Source: Eubacteriales bacterium
Lineage (GTDB): Bacteria; Bacillota; Clostridia; Oscillospirales; CAG-272
Direction of reading: 5' to 3'
Length of the DNA stretch: 64,000 bases
NCBI GenBank assembly: GCA_045532805.1
Contig: JAZSGQ010000032.1
Location: forward strand, 21,107-85,106
Of the stretch, positions 20,174-29,386 are shown in pieces. The first letter of the stretch is position 1; the number at the start of each line of letters is the position of its first letter. A program made the position numbers and the translations under genes. The notes beneath the pieces are model-generated. The model had not been told where the DNA came from. It saw only the letters and a list, made by a program, of their open reading frames with translations, and searched no databases.

Positions 20174-20881
20174 TTAGAGGTGAAGTTCCGTGCCGACGTG
20201 GTCGCCCATCACAACACGGTAAATATTATCGGGATCGGAAAGCGCGAATGCATAACAGCAAATGCCGTTATCCATACAGAAGGTGGTCGCGGACAGGTCC
20301 AGTGCCTTGAGTTGCTTGGCAAGCACCTCCTGGTAGGTGACCTCGTCGTAACGCACGGCGCTGCTGTCCACCTTGGGGTCGGCAGTATAGATGCCGTCAA
20401 TGTTCTTTGCCATCAGCACCGCATCTGCACCGATCTCGGCGGCGCGGAGCACGGCGGCCGTGTCCGTGGAGAAGAAGGGTTGTCCGAGTCCGCAAGCGAA
20501 GATCACGGTTTGCCCCTTGGAGAGCGCTCTGTTTGCACCGCGGACACTGAAGGTCTCCGCAAACGCCGACATTTCCACCGCACTCATCACAACGGTATCA
20601 AGTCCTGCGGCAAGGAATCTGTCCTGCAAGGCCAGCGCATTGATCGCAGTCGCCAGCATACCCATGTGGTCGGCTTGCGCACGGTCCATGGAAACACCCT
20701 GGCGGCCGCGCCAGATATTACCCGCGCCAACGATCACGCCGATCTCGACGCCTGCGTCGCGACAGCGCACCAGTACGCTTGCAATACGGTCAATAAATTC
20801 AAAGTCCAGAATGCCCTCCTTGGAAGCCAATGCTTCACCCGAGAGTTTGAGGAGGATACGCTTGTATTTAGGTGCCGTCAT
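20174..20881 (-). CDS. pyrH: UMP kinase
   Basis: Contains KRILLKLSGEAL and VIVGAGNIWRG, the amino-acid kinase family signature. Confidence 0.96.
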   Translation of the reverse strand: MTAPKYKRILLKLSGEALASKEGILDFEFIDRIASVLVRCRDAGVEIGVIVGAGNIWRGRQGVSMDRAQADHMGMLATAINALALQDRFLAAGLDTVVMSAVEMSAFAETFSVRGANRALSKGQTVIFACGLGQPFFSTDTAAVLRAAEIGADAVLMAKNIDGIYTADPKVDSSAVRYDEVTYQEVLAKQLKALDLSATTFCMDNGICCYAFALSDPDNIYRVVMGDHVGTELHL

Positions 20882-20914
20882 ACATTTACCTCGCGCGTTA
20901 TTATATTCTATTAT

Positions 20915-20943
20915 ATTTTACTCTATTTTTTCCTATTTGTAAA
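20915..20943 (-). promoter_or_regulatory. Candidate sigma-A promoter for the pyrH-frr-uppS-cdsA... unit
   Basis: On the minus strand it reads TTTACA, 17 nt, TAAAAT, within an AT-rich 90-nt gap. Confidence 0.45.
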
Positions 20944-20972
20944 GACTTAAAAAGAAAAATATGCAAAAAAAT

Positions 20973-21000
20973 AAAAACGGGCGAGAAAGCACTTCCCGCC
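20973..21000 (-). terminator. Intrinsic terminator after the small lipoprotein gene
   Basis: The minus-strand hairpin GGCGGGA/TCTCGCC has one G-U wobble in the minus sense only. It is followed by gttttta. Confidence 0.6.
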
Positions 21001-21006
21001 TGTTTT

Positions 21007-21354
21007 TTATGATATCGGCATAACTTGCATACGGCGGACGTCGGCACTCTTACTCTCGTGATCAAATGTGCCCTTGTAGTCCACGTCGATCATATCACCC
21101 GTTTTGATGTCGACAAGCGCAACACGCTCCCCCTCCAGATCTCGCACAGGCACACGCGCTCCCACACGAAACGTAAAGGGCTCATTGTTGAATACACCCG
21201 TTGCGTGAATAGTTGCACTCCCGTCCTCGTGGAGCACGATCTCGTCCACGTAACCGCGAAAATCAACCGTGTCGGGCGTCAGCGCATCACAAATTACGCA
21301 AATACCGCACGCGGCAAGGATCACGGCAAGTACGATCAGTATGCTTTTTTTCAT
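21007..21354 (-). CDS. Small predicted lipoprotein of unknown function
   Basis: A 115-aa ORF starting MKKSILIVLAVILAAC, with the lipobox L-A-A-C. A GGAGGG RBS lies upstream. Confidence 0.7.
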   Translation of the reverse strand: MKKSILIVLAVILAACGICVICDALTPDTVDFRGYVDEIVLHEDGSATIHATGVFNNEPFTFRVGARVPVRDLEGERVALVDIKTGDMIDVDYKGTFDHESKSADVRRMQVMPIS

Positions 21355-21373
21355 AACTATCCCTCCAAAGAGA

Positions 21374-21406
21374 AAAACGGACGCCTGTTTGACAGACGTC
21401 CGTTTT
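21374..21406 (-). terminator. Hairpin plus T-run downstream of tsf
   Basis: The minus strand reads aaaacggacg-N13-cgtccgttttt. It is followed immediately by the RBS of the 21354 gene. Confidence 0.6.
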
Positions 21407-21419
21407 CAAGGATCAAAAA

Positions 21420-22352
21420 TTATTTGTCACCGTTGGCAGCGAGCTTCGCAATTTCCTCTGCGTAGTTCTCTACCTTCTTCTCGATGCCCTCACCCTTCTC
21501 GAAGAGGTTGAAGGACACGATCTTGATGTCGCCGCCAAGCTCCTTGGCGGTGGCAGCGGTGTAAGCACCGACAGTCATGCTGTCTTCCTTCACGTAGCCC
21601 TGCTCCACAAGGCAAACGCGCTCGTAGAACTTGCCAAGACGGCCGGACACGATCTTGTCCAGAATGCTATCGGGCTTGTTGGCGTTCTTGGGGTCGTTCT
21701 TCATCTGAGCGATGAGCACGGCCTTCTCCTCGGCAACTGCCTCGGCGGGAACGTCCTCGATGTTCACGTACTTGGGAGGATTGCCTGCGGCGATCTGCAG
21801 AGCAATGTTCTTTGCGTACTCGGCAAAGCCTGCCTTGTCGGCAACATTGGTCTCGAACTTAACGATAACGCCCGTGCCACCAAAGCCATGAATGTAGGTG
21901 GAGGTTACGCCCTCTACGATCACGAAACGGCGAACAGTGATGTTCTCCTTGATGAATGCGATCTTCTCGATCAGCGTCTTCTGAACGGTCTCGGCAGTGT
22001 CGAGATAGTTCATAGCAAGCAGTGCCTCAACGTTTGCGGGCTTGTTTGCAATGATGGTCTCAAGAACACCGTTCACGAATTCCTTGAATGCATCGCTCTT
22101 TGCGGCGAAGTCGGTCTCGGAGTTGACCTCAACCATAGCGGTGATGCCGTTCTTGCTCATAATCGCAACAACGCCCTCAGCGGCAACGCGGTCGGCCTTC
22201 TTCTCGGCGGTGGCAAGGCCCTTCTCACGAAGGATCTTAACTGCCTTCTCTACGTCACCGTCGGCCTCAACGAGTGCCTTCTTGCAGTCCATCATGCCAA
22301 GACCGGTCTTGGCGCGAAGCTCAGCTACGTCTTTTGCAGTAATGTTAGCCAT
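21420..22352 (-). CDS. tsf: Translation elongation factor Ts
   Basis: The N-terminus ITAKDVAELRAKTGLGMMDCKKALVEADGDVEKAV matches EF-Ts, and the gene follows rpsB. Confidence 0.96.
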   Translation of the reverse strand: MANITAKDVAELRAKTGLGMMDCKKALVEADGDVEKAVKILREKGLATAEKKADRVAAEGVVAIMSKNGITAMVEVNSETDFAAKSDAFKEFVNGVLETIIANKPANVEALLAMNYLDTAETVQKTLIEKIAFIKENITVRRFVIVEGVTSTYIHGFGGTGVIVKFETNVADKAGFAEYAKNIALQIAAGNPPKYVNIEDVPAEAVAEEKAVLIAQMKNDPKNANKPDSILDKIVSGRLGKFYERVCLVEQGYVKEDSMTVGAYTAATAKELGGDIKIVSFNLFEKGEGIEKKVENYAEEIAKLAANGDK

Positions 22353-22371
22353 TTTTCAATCTCCTTAAAAA

Positions 22372-23115
22372 TTACTCAGCGTCGTTTGCCTCAGCGGCCT
22401 CTGCCTCAGCAGCGGGTGCCTCGGCGGTGTCCTCGCCCTGCTTGCCCTCGATGACGGCGTCAGCGATAGCGGAGGAGATCAGCTTGATGGCGCGGATTGC
22501 GTCATCGTTGCCGGGAATGATATAGTCGGCATCGTCGGGATCGCAGTTGGTATCAACGATAGCAACAACCGGGATACCGAGTTTCTTTGCCTCGAGCACT
22601 GCATTGTGCTCCTTGTGAGGATCCACGATGAATACTGCGGAGGGGAGAGACTCCATGGTCTTGATACCGCCGTAGTTCTTCTCCAGGTCGAAGATCTCCT
22701 TCTGCTTGCCGATGACTTCCTTCTTGGGAAGCAGATCGAAGGTACCCTCTTCCTGCATCTTCGTCAGGCTGTTCAGACGGGCGATGGACTTCTTGATGGT
22801 CTTGAAGTTGGTCATCATGCCGCCGGGCCAACGAACGTTAACGTAGTACATACCGCAACGGGTTGCCTCTTCCTTGATGGCTTCTGCGGCCTGCTTCTTG
22901 GTACCCACGAACAGGATGCTGCCGCCGTTTGCGGCAAGGTCGCGGACGAAGTTGTACGCTTCCTCAATCTTCTTCACCGTCTTCTGCAGGTCGATAATGT
23001 AAATACCGTTGCGCTCGGTGAAGATGTACTCCTGCATCTTGGGGTTCCATCTTCTGGTGTGATGTCCGAAATGGACGCCTGCTTCAAGCAACTGCTTAAT
23101 GGAAATTACTGACAT
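22372..23115 (-). CDS. rpsB: 30S ribosomal protein S2
   Basis: The N-terminus is [27 protein letters not shown]. The C-terminal tail is acidic and Ala-rich. Confidence 0.97.
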   Translation of the reverse strand: MSVISIKQLLEAGVHFGHHTRRWNPKMQEYIFTERNGIYIIDLQKTVKKIEEAYNFVRDLAANGGSILFVGTKKQAAEAIKEEATRCGMYYVNVRWPGGMMTNFKTIKKSIARLNSLTKMQEEGTFDLLPKKEVIGKQKEIFDLEKNYGGIKTMESLPSAVFIVDPHKEHNAVLEAKKLGIPVVAIVDTNCDPDDADYIIPGNDDAIRAIKLISSAIADAVIEGKQGEDTAEAPAAEAEAAEANDAE

Positions 23116-23237
23116 TTTCTATGTCCTCCTTCGGTTTTTTCCACCACAAGGCCTGACACTGTGACCGTGTTCGGCACCGACAGCGCCTTTGTCCTTGTGT
23201 GTGAATTTCGCTTGCCATTTCCTCGCAAGCGGATAAT

Positions 23238-23266
23238 ATTATAACATAAACACGTCACGTGCGCAA
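23238..23266 (-). promoter_or_regulatory. Candidate sigma-A promoter for rpsB-tsf
   Basis: On the minus strand it reads TTGCGC, 17 nt, TATAAT. This leaves an untranslated leader of about 115 nt. Confidence 0.45.
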
Positions 23267-23316
23267 GCCGCAAATGACGTGTTTACATTTTTTTTACATT
23301 TGCACCATTTATCCCG

Positions 23317-25626
23317 TCAAAGTGCCTCGATCTGGAGTTTTCCGTCGCGCACAGAAACGGCGGCGTGCGTGATGGAGCGCTCATAATCGGCAATGATCTT
23401 CTCTGCCAGAACGTCCTCGACGTGCGTCTGGATATAGCGGCGCATATTGCGTGCACCGAACTTGTGCGAGTAGGACTCCTTGGCAATCAGCGAGAGGGCC
23501 GCATTCGTGAAGGAGAGCGTGATGCCGCGCTCGGCAAGCGCCGTCTTCAACTCGCCCATCAGAATGCCCGCGATCTTGGCAAAATCACTTTCGTCAAGAG
23601 AGCGGAAGGTGATCACTTCGTCCACGCGGTTGAGGAATTCGGGACGCAGGAAGCGGGAAAGCGCCTTTTCGGTGCGCGCCTCCTCTACCCTACCCGTTCC
23701 GTCGCCAAAGCCCGCCAGTGCGCCTGCACGGTCCGAGCCCGCATTGGTGGTCATAATGAGCACGGTGTTCTCAAAATTGACGGTCTTGCCGTGTGCGTCC
23801 GTGATACGGCCGTCGTCCAGGATCTGCAACAGTACGTTGAGCACGTCGGGGTGCGCCTTTTCGATTTCGTCAAACAGCACCACGGAATAGGGACGGCGGC
23901 GGATCTTCTCGGTGAGTTGTCCCGCCTCGTCATACCCCACGTATCCGGGAGGTGCGCCGATGATGCGGGAAACCGAATGCTTCTCCATAAACTCCGACAT
24001 ATCCAGGCGGATCAGTGTCTCGGGAGAATCAAACAGATCGGCGGCCAGGGTCTTGACCAGTTCCGTCTTTCCCACGCCCGTGGGACCCGCGAAAATGAAG
24101 GAAACGGGCTTGCGCTTGTAGGACACGCCCGCACGGTTGCGCTTGATCGCACGCGAAACAGCCTCCACGGCCTCGTCCTGTCCGATAATGCGCTGCTTGA
24201 GACGTCCCTCAAGACCGTTGATGCGGACGTATTCATTCTCGCTGATGTTCGCGGCGGGAACACCCGTCCAGACCTCAATGACTTGTGCGAGTTCCTCCTC
24301 GGTCATCTCCACCTTGCCGCAATCGGGCTCGATTTCGGCAAGACGCTCGGAGAGTTGCAACTCCTTTGCCTTGATCTTGGCAAGCATCTCAAAGCGTTGT
24401 TGCTCGTCGGCCTTGTCATCGGCCTCAATCTTCTCCCGTTTCTCCTTTTCCAACAACATCTGTTCTTTTATCTCATAACTTTCGTTCAGAACGGCGCTAT
24501 TAAGAGAGAGGTTTGCGGCCGCCTCGTCCAAAAGGTCAATGGCCTTATCGGGCAGATATCGGTCGGTAATGTAGCGCTCCGAGAGCACCACGGCACGGCG
24601 CAGGATCGCATCGGGGATCAGCACGGAATGGAAGTTCTCGTAGTAGTGTTTGATGCCGCGAAGCATCTCCACGGTGTCCTCCATAGAGGGCTCGTTCACC
24701 GTTACGGGTTGGAAACGGCGCTCCAGCGCGGAGTCCTTTTCGATATACTTGCGGTATTCGTTGAGCGTGGTCGCACCGATCAGTTGCACCTCGCCGCGCG
24801 AGAGGGCGGGCTTGAGGATATTGGCGGCGTTGACACTGCCCTCGGAATCACCCGTGCCCACGATATTGTGCACCTCGTCGATCACGAGAATGATGTTCCC
24901 TGCCTCGGTCACCTCGTTCAAAAGTCCGAGAATGCGCGACTCAAACTGTCCGCGGAACTGCGTGCCCGCGACAAGGGCGGTGAGGTCTACAAGATAGACT
25001 TCCTTACCCTTGGGTTTATAGGGCACGTTGTTGTCCGCAATGCGCTGTGCGAGCGCCTCCGCAATCGCGGTCTTGCCCACACCCGGCTCACCGATCAGAC
25101 AAGGGTTGTTCTTCTGTCTGCGGCAAAGGATCTGGATCACGCGGGCCAGTTCACGCTCACGTCCCACGATGCGGTCCAGTTTGCCCGCGGCCGCGCGTTT
25201 GGTCAGGTTGCGGCAGTAGGTATCCAAAAACTTGCGTTTCTTTTCCTTTTGTGCCTTGTCCGCCTTGGTATTCTTTTCCTTTTTTGTTTTATTCTCCCCT
25301 TCCTCACCCTCGGCGGGATTGCCGAAAAGTCCGCTCTCGCGGAACAGTTTGGGGAAATCAATGGCGGGCGCGCCGCCGTCCTCGTTGTCATCGTTATCAC
25401 TGGGAACGCCGCCCTGCATGAGACCGTTGATCTCCTCCTCCAGATTCTCCATCTGGTCGGGCGTAATGCCGAGTTTTCCCATCACGTTGCCCATCATCTG
25501 TTCGGTGGGCAATCCCAACTCGTTTGCACAGCGAATGCAAAGTCCCTCGGTCTTGCGCTGTCCGTTCTCAACCTTGGTGACGAAAACGGTTGCCACACGC
25601 TTGTGGCACTTGGAACACATAACCAT
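23317..25626 (-). CDS. Clp/Hsp100-type ATPase with two AAA+ modules and an N-terminal CxxC...CxxC zinc ribbon
   Basis: Walker A motifs are GEPGVGKT in D1 and GPTGVGKT in D2. The N-terminus is CSKCHKRVATVFVTKVENGQRKTEGLCIRC, followed by an acidic and Lys-rich linker. Confidence 0.9.
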   Translation of the reverse strand: MVMCSKCHKRVATVFVTKVENGQRKTEGLCIRCANELGLPTEQMMGNVMGKLGITPDQMENLEEEINGLMQGGVPSDNDDNEDGGAPAIDFPKLFRESGLFGNPAEGEEGENKTKKEKNTKADKAQKEKKRKFLDTYCRNLTKRAAAGKLDRIVGRERELARVIQILCRRQKNNPCLIGEPGVGKTAIAEALAQRIADNNVPYKPKGKEVYLVDLTALVAGTQFRGQFESRILGLLNEVTEAGNIILVIDEVHNIVGTGDSEGSVNAANILKPALSRGEVQLIGATTLNEYRKYIEKDSALERRFQPVTVNEPSMEDTVEMLRGIKHYYENFHSVLIPDAILRRAVVLSERYITDRYLPDKAIDLLDEAAANLSLNSAVLNESYEIKEQMLLEKEKREKIEADDKADEQQRFEMLAKIKAKELQLSERLAEIEPDCGKVEMTEEELAQVIEVWTGVPAANISENEYVRINGLEGRLKQRIIGQDEAVEAVSRAIKRNRAGVSYKRKPVSFIFAGPTGVGKTELVKTLAADLFDSPETLIRLDMSEFMEKHSVSRIIGAPPGYVGYDEAGQLTEKIRRRPYSVVLFDEIEKAHPDVLNVLLQILDDGRITDAHGKTVNFENTVLIMTTNAGSDRAGALAGFGDGTGRVEEARTEKALSRFLRPEFLNRVDEVITFRSLDESDFAKIAGILMGELKTALAERGITLSFTNAALSLIAKESYSHKFGARNMRRYIQTHVEDVLAEKIIADYERSITHAAVSVRDGKLQIEAL

Positions 25627-25654
25627 CGTTATTACCTTTCTATTCTGAAATCAC

Positions 25655-26875
25655 TTATTCCATCACGTAAAGCCGTGCTTCGCCCGGGTAGATCACACGC
25701 GTGTGCGTCCCCGAGATCGCCACAAGATCCACGGCCCCTGCCTCACAGAAAATGCCCTTACTCGAGCCGTCGCTCATAGAAACACAAAGCAGTTGTTCGC
25801 CCACGAGCAAAAAGGCGTTCGTGTCCGACAAAGACAGTGCCTTGACATGATCCGTCAGCACCTCCTCATGCACCTTTTTTCCCTTTTTATCCAGTACAAG
25901 AAACCGCCTTGTTGCGGGCGTGTCCTGCTCCAGCAGTACAAGCGCACAACCGCCCTCGTTACTGTCAAAGGCGACGGGTGTGCCCGTGTACGTCAGCATT
26001 TGCTCGCGGTTGCCATCAAGATCAAACACGCGCAACGCGCCGTCCGTGAGGGCCACAACGTGTCTGTCATCGGTAAAATCAAGCGAAAGCGGTGCTTCGC
26101 CTTCAAAGGTGAGCGTGTAGTTCGGTGCCGTTTCGCCCAGGCGATAGAGTTCCAGTTGCGTATAAGAGCGCCCGCCCTCACCGGCGAGTCCCATCAGCGC
26201 AATGTGCTTGCCGTTTTCCGAGATCGCCACACCTGTCAAGGCCACGGAGCGCTTAAAATGCTGGATCAGATTGAAATTGCTATCATACACCAACACCTGC
26301 GACAGATGTGTGTCCGAGGAGGTGATAAGGGCAAAATGACCCGTATCGGCCGCCTCTGCCATATAAATGGGAAACTCGGTCTGCCCTTCGTGTACGTTCG
26401 TGTAGGTATTGGTCACCGTAAAGCCCGTTCCGCCGAGATCGTAGGCGATGAGGTATTTGCGCGAGGACACGGCGCGTGGCTCGGTAAAACTCACCGACTT
26501 GTGGAAAAGGCGCTCGCCGTCGGGAGAGTAGATCTCAATTCCCTTTTTCGTCACCGCCGCTACGCCGCCGCGGTAGGAAAGCACGACGTTGTCGCCCTCT
26601 TCATAGGTATAGGTCACGCTCTCGTAATCGGAGGTCACAAAGGAGGTGGTAGCCTGCAGATCCTTAAAAAAGCAGAATACACTCTCATAAGTGAAGGCAC
26701 GCGCACAAATGGCCATAAATACCACCACGTAAAGCGGCAGTGCGATCAGAAAAATGCGGAAAGCCATGGTATACAAGCCGTGCACTCTGCCCCAGTAACC
26801 GGGATTCTTCGGCAGTGCCACGACCGCAGTCGATTCCACGGGCACGATCGCCGTGTCTTTTTCCTTTTCGGCCAT
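25655..26875 (-). CDS. Single-pass membrane protein of unknown function
   Basis: I chose the ATG at 26875 (MAEKEKD), which has AAGGAGG 5 nt upstream. There is one TM helix (FRIFLIALPLYVVVFMAICA) and then about 340 aa that look beta-rich. From memory it resembles DUF5711, which is unverified. Confidence 0.75.
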   Translation of the reverse strand: MAEKEKDTAIVPVESTAVVALPKNPGYWGRVHGLYTMAFRIFLIALPLYVVVFMAICARAFTYESVFCFFKDLQATTSFVTSDYESVTYTYEEGDNVVLSYRGGVAAVTKKGIEIYSPDGERLFHKSVSFTEPRAVSSRKYLIAYDLGGTGFTVTNTYTNVHEGQTEFPIYMAEAADTGHFALITSSDTHLSQVLVYDSNFNLIQHFKRSVALTGVAISENGKHIALMGLAGEGGRSYTQLELYRLGETAPNYTLTFEGEAPLSLDFTDDRHVVALTDGALRVFDLDGNREQMLTYTGTPVAFDSNEGGCALVLLEQDTPATRRFLVLDKKGKKVHEEVLTDHVKALSLSDTNAFLLVGEQLLCVSMSDGSSKGIFCEAGAVDLVAISGTHTRVIYPGEARLYVME

Positions 26876-26914
26876 ATTGTCCTCCTTTCCGATCAAACGT
26901 GATCCTTTTATTCG

Positions 26915-27688
26915 TTATTCATAAGTCACAGTATCAAGATACAGTCCGCACGCAGGCGCGGTATTTCCCGCGCGGCGGCGATCCCCCGCGGCTATGATGT
27001 CGGGGATCTCGTCGGGCGTGATGCGCCCCGTGGCAACGGCCATCAGCGTGCCCGCCATGATCCGCACCATATGGTACAAAAATCCGTCGGCACGCACGCG
27101 GAAGGAAATGAGATCCCCCCGTCGCTCCACCACGGCGCGGGTGACCGTGCGAACGGCGTCCTTTTCGGCAGTATCCGCACCCACGGCGCGGAAGGCAGAA
27201 AAGTCCTTGGTACCTACAAAATGCGCGGCCGCCGCCTGCATCGCGGCAAGCGCCTCCTCATCAATGCGGCGCGGCACGTGCCACGCGCGGTCGATCAGAA
27301 AGGGAGAGCGTTCCGAGCCGTTGTAGATGAGATATTCGTATTCCTTATATTTTACGTCGTAGCGGGCGTGAAACTCGCACGGCACAAAACGTGCGCCAAG
27401 CACCGAAATATCCTGCGGTAAGTAGGCATTCATTGCGCGCGGTATGCGTGAAGCATCAATGGTGGTGGGCAAGTCGGGCGTGCCTTTTTTTGCGATCGTG
27501 GCACAAAACTGTCTTGCGTGCACACCGCTGTCGGTGCGACTGCACCCCACCACGTCACACGGATATCCAAAACGCGCCTCGGCGGCTTTGTTCAGTTTTT
27601 CCTGAACGGTCACGCCGTTGGGTTGTACCTGATAACCGCAATAGGCCGTGCCGCAATAGGCGATCTCCAAAAGCAATTTTCTATCCAT
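26915..27688 (-). CDS. truA: tRNA pseudouridine(38-40) synthase
   Basis: Contains YCGTAYCGYQVQPN and the catalytic motif RTDSGVHA. It sits in the canonical position after ecfT. Confidence 0.93.
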   Translation of the reverse strand: MDRKLLLEIAYCGTAYCGYQVQPNGVTVQEKLNKAAEARFGYPCDVVGCSRTDSGVHARQFCATIAKKGTPDLPTTIDASRIPRAMNAYLPQDISVLGARFVPCEFHARYDVKYKEYEYLIYNGSERSPFLIDRAWHVPRRIDEEALAAMQAAAAHFVGTKDFSAFRAVGADTAEKDAVRTVTRAVVERRGDLISFRVRADGFLYHMVRIMAGTLMAVATGRITPDEIPDIIAAGDRRRAGNTAPACGLYLDTVTYE

Positions 27689-27695
27689 ACCGTCC

Positions 27696-28517
27696 TCACA
27701 TCGTGTAGCCGAAGCCGATGCGGTTCAGATATACAAGGCCCGCACCAAACGCCACGATCAGCAAAACGGCCAAAAAATCACGCACGTGGAGATGCGGCAC
27801 GTTCATCTTCGTTCTGCCCGTTCCGCCTCGGTAGCAACGGCATTCCATCGCGGTTGCCAGTTCCTCTGCGCGGCGGAAGGAGGAAACGAACAGCGGGATC
27901 AGGATCGGGATCAGCGCCTTTGCGCGGCGAACAAGTCCCCCCTGCGAGAAATCCACACCGCGTGCCTTTTGCGCGTTCATGATCTTACCCGTTTCCTCGG
28001 AAAGAAGCGGGATAAAGCGCAGTGCTATCGTCATCATCATCGCAAACTCGTGCACGGGCAAGCGGATCACACGCAAAGGAGAGAGCAAACTCTCCATACC
28101 GTCGGTGAGTGCAATGGGGGTGGTGGTATAGGTGAGAAAGATACTGGTGCCGAGGATTAGTACAACGATGCGCACCAACATAAACACGGCGCTGTAAATG
28201 CCCTCCGTATATATCGAAAACCGCCAGAAACTCCACAGCGGCTCACTCTCACCCTTGGTAAAAAAGAGGTTGAGCAGGGCCGTGAAGCACATAATGAACA
28301 GGATCGGCCGAATGCCACGCATCACCGTGCGCAAAGGAATGCGCGCTAAAAGGATCAGCACGAAAGCCGAAAGGGCAAGCGCCACGAACGCAAGCACGTT
28401 TTTACACAAGAACGTGCAAACGATATACAGCACGGCCGCGATCAACTTCGCCCTGGCATCCAATCGGTGTATCGGCGAGGAAACGGGATAATACTGTCCC
28501 AAAGCAATGTTTTTCAT
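27696..28517 (-). CDS. ecfT: ECF transporter transmembrane (T) component
   Basis: A polytopic 273-aa protein with the EcfT/CbiQ motifs ARGV and FRRAEELATAMECR. Confidence 0.9.
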   Translation of the reverse strand: MKNIALGQYYPVSSPIHRLDARAKLIAAVLYIVCTFLCKNVLAFVALALSAFVLILLARIPLRTVMRGIRPILFIMCFTALLNLFFTKGESEPLWSFWRFSIYTEGIYSAVFMLVRIVVLILGTSIFLTYTTTPIALTDGMESLLSPLRVIRLPVHEFAMMMTIALRFIPLLSEETGKIMNAQKARGVDFSQGGLVRRAKALIPILIPLFVSSFRRAEELATAMECRCYRGGTGRTKMNVPHLHVRDFLAVLLIVAFGAGLVYLNRIGFGYTM

Positions 28518-28537
28518 CTAAACTTTATCAAAATCCT

Positions 28538-29386
28538 TTATTGAAATTGCACAAGCAACGCCTCCAGCGCCGCTTCGACGGTGTAGATGCCGTCGGGCAA
28601 CGTCACGCCGCGGCGCGAAAGTTCCCAGGCAAGATGCGTGATCTGCGGTACGTCAAGGCCCACAGATTCCAGTTCGGTCGCGTGCGAGAACACCTCGTCG
28701 CGCGTGCCCGAAAGGAACACCTTTGCGTGCGACATCACCACGATATCGTCGCAGTATGCGGCCATATCCTCCATACTGTGGCTCACGATAATGACCGTGG
28801 CGCCCGTATGGCGCGCATAGGCGCGGATCGCCGTCAGGATCACGTCGCGGCCGCGCGGATCAAGACCCGCCGCGGGCTCGTCAAGCACCAGGACCTCGGG
28901 GCGCATCGCCATCACGCCCGCGATCGCCGCACGGCGCTTCTGACCGCCCGAGAGGTCAAAGGGAGATTTATCCAGATCCGCCGCGTCAAGACCGACAAGG
29001 CGCGCCGCCTCGTCCACCCGCTCGCGGATCTCCTCTTCGGAAAGCCCCATATTTCGGGGGCCGAAGGCGATATCCGCACGCACGCTCTCCTCAAAGAGTT
29101 GATACTCGGGATACTGCATTACAAGGCCCACGCGGTGGCGAATGTCGCGCATCTTTTTGGGATTCTCCCAGATATCGACGTCGTCCAGTAAAATGCGACC
29201 ACTGTTGGGCTTTTCCAGACCGTTGAAGAGTTGCACCATGGTGGATTTACCCGAGCCCGTATGCCCGATGATGCCCGTGATACTGCCCTCGCGTACAGCA
29301 AGGCACACGTCGTCCAGTGCCTTGACCTCAAAGGGCGTACCCTGCTCGTAAATATAGGAAACGTGTTCAAGCGTTACTCTTGCCAT
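28538..29386 (-). CDS. ecfA2: ECF transporter ATPase, second subunit
   Basis: Walker A GHTGSGKST, signature LSGGQKRRAAIA, Walker B VLVLDEP. It overlaps ecfA1 by 20 nt. Confidence 0.92.
   Translation of the reverse strand: MARVTLEHVSYIYEQGTPFEVKALDDVCLAVREGSITGIIGHTGSGKSTMVQLFNGLEKPNSGRILLDDVDIWENPKKMRDIRHRVGLVMQYPEYQLFEESVRADIAFGPRNMGLSEEEIRERVDEAARLVGLDAADLDKSPFDLSGGQKRRAAIAGVMAMRPEVLVLDEPAAGLDPRGRDVILTAIRAYARHTGATVIIVSHSMEDMAAYCDDIVVMSHAKVFLSGTRDEVFSHATELESVGLDVPQITHLAWELSRRGVTLPDGIYTVEAALEALLVQFQ

Noticed and set aside
23365-25779. An 804-aa plus-strand ORF antisense to the Clp ATPase. Comparable ORFs are 25703-26902, 30304-31293, 31952-33458 (minus), 33951-34829, 36602-38233, 38938-40590, 41330-42349 (minus), 46736-48118 and 49301-50257.
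   Set aside because: The reasoning is the same. The opposite strand encodes proteins with unambiguous family signatures (Walker motifs, SxxK, HxxEH and others), and the antisense products have none.
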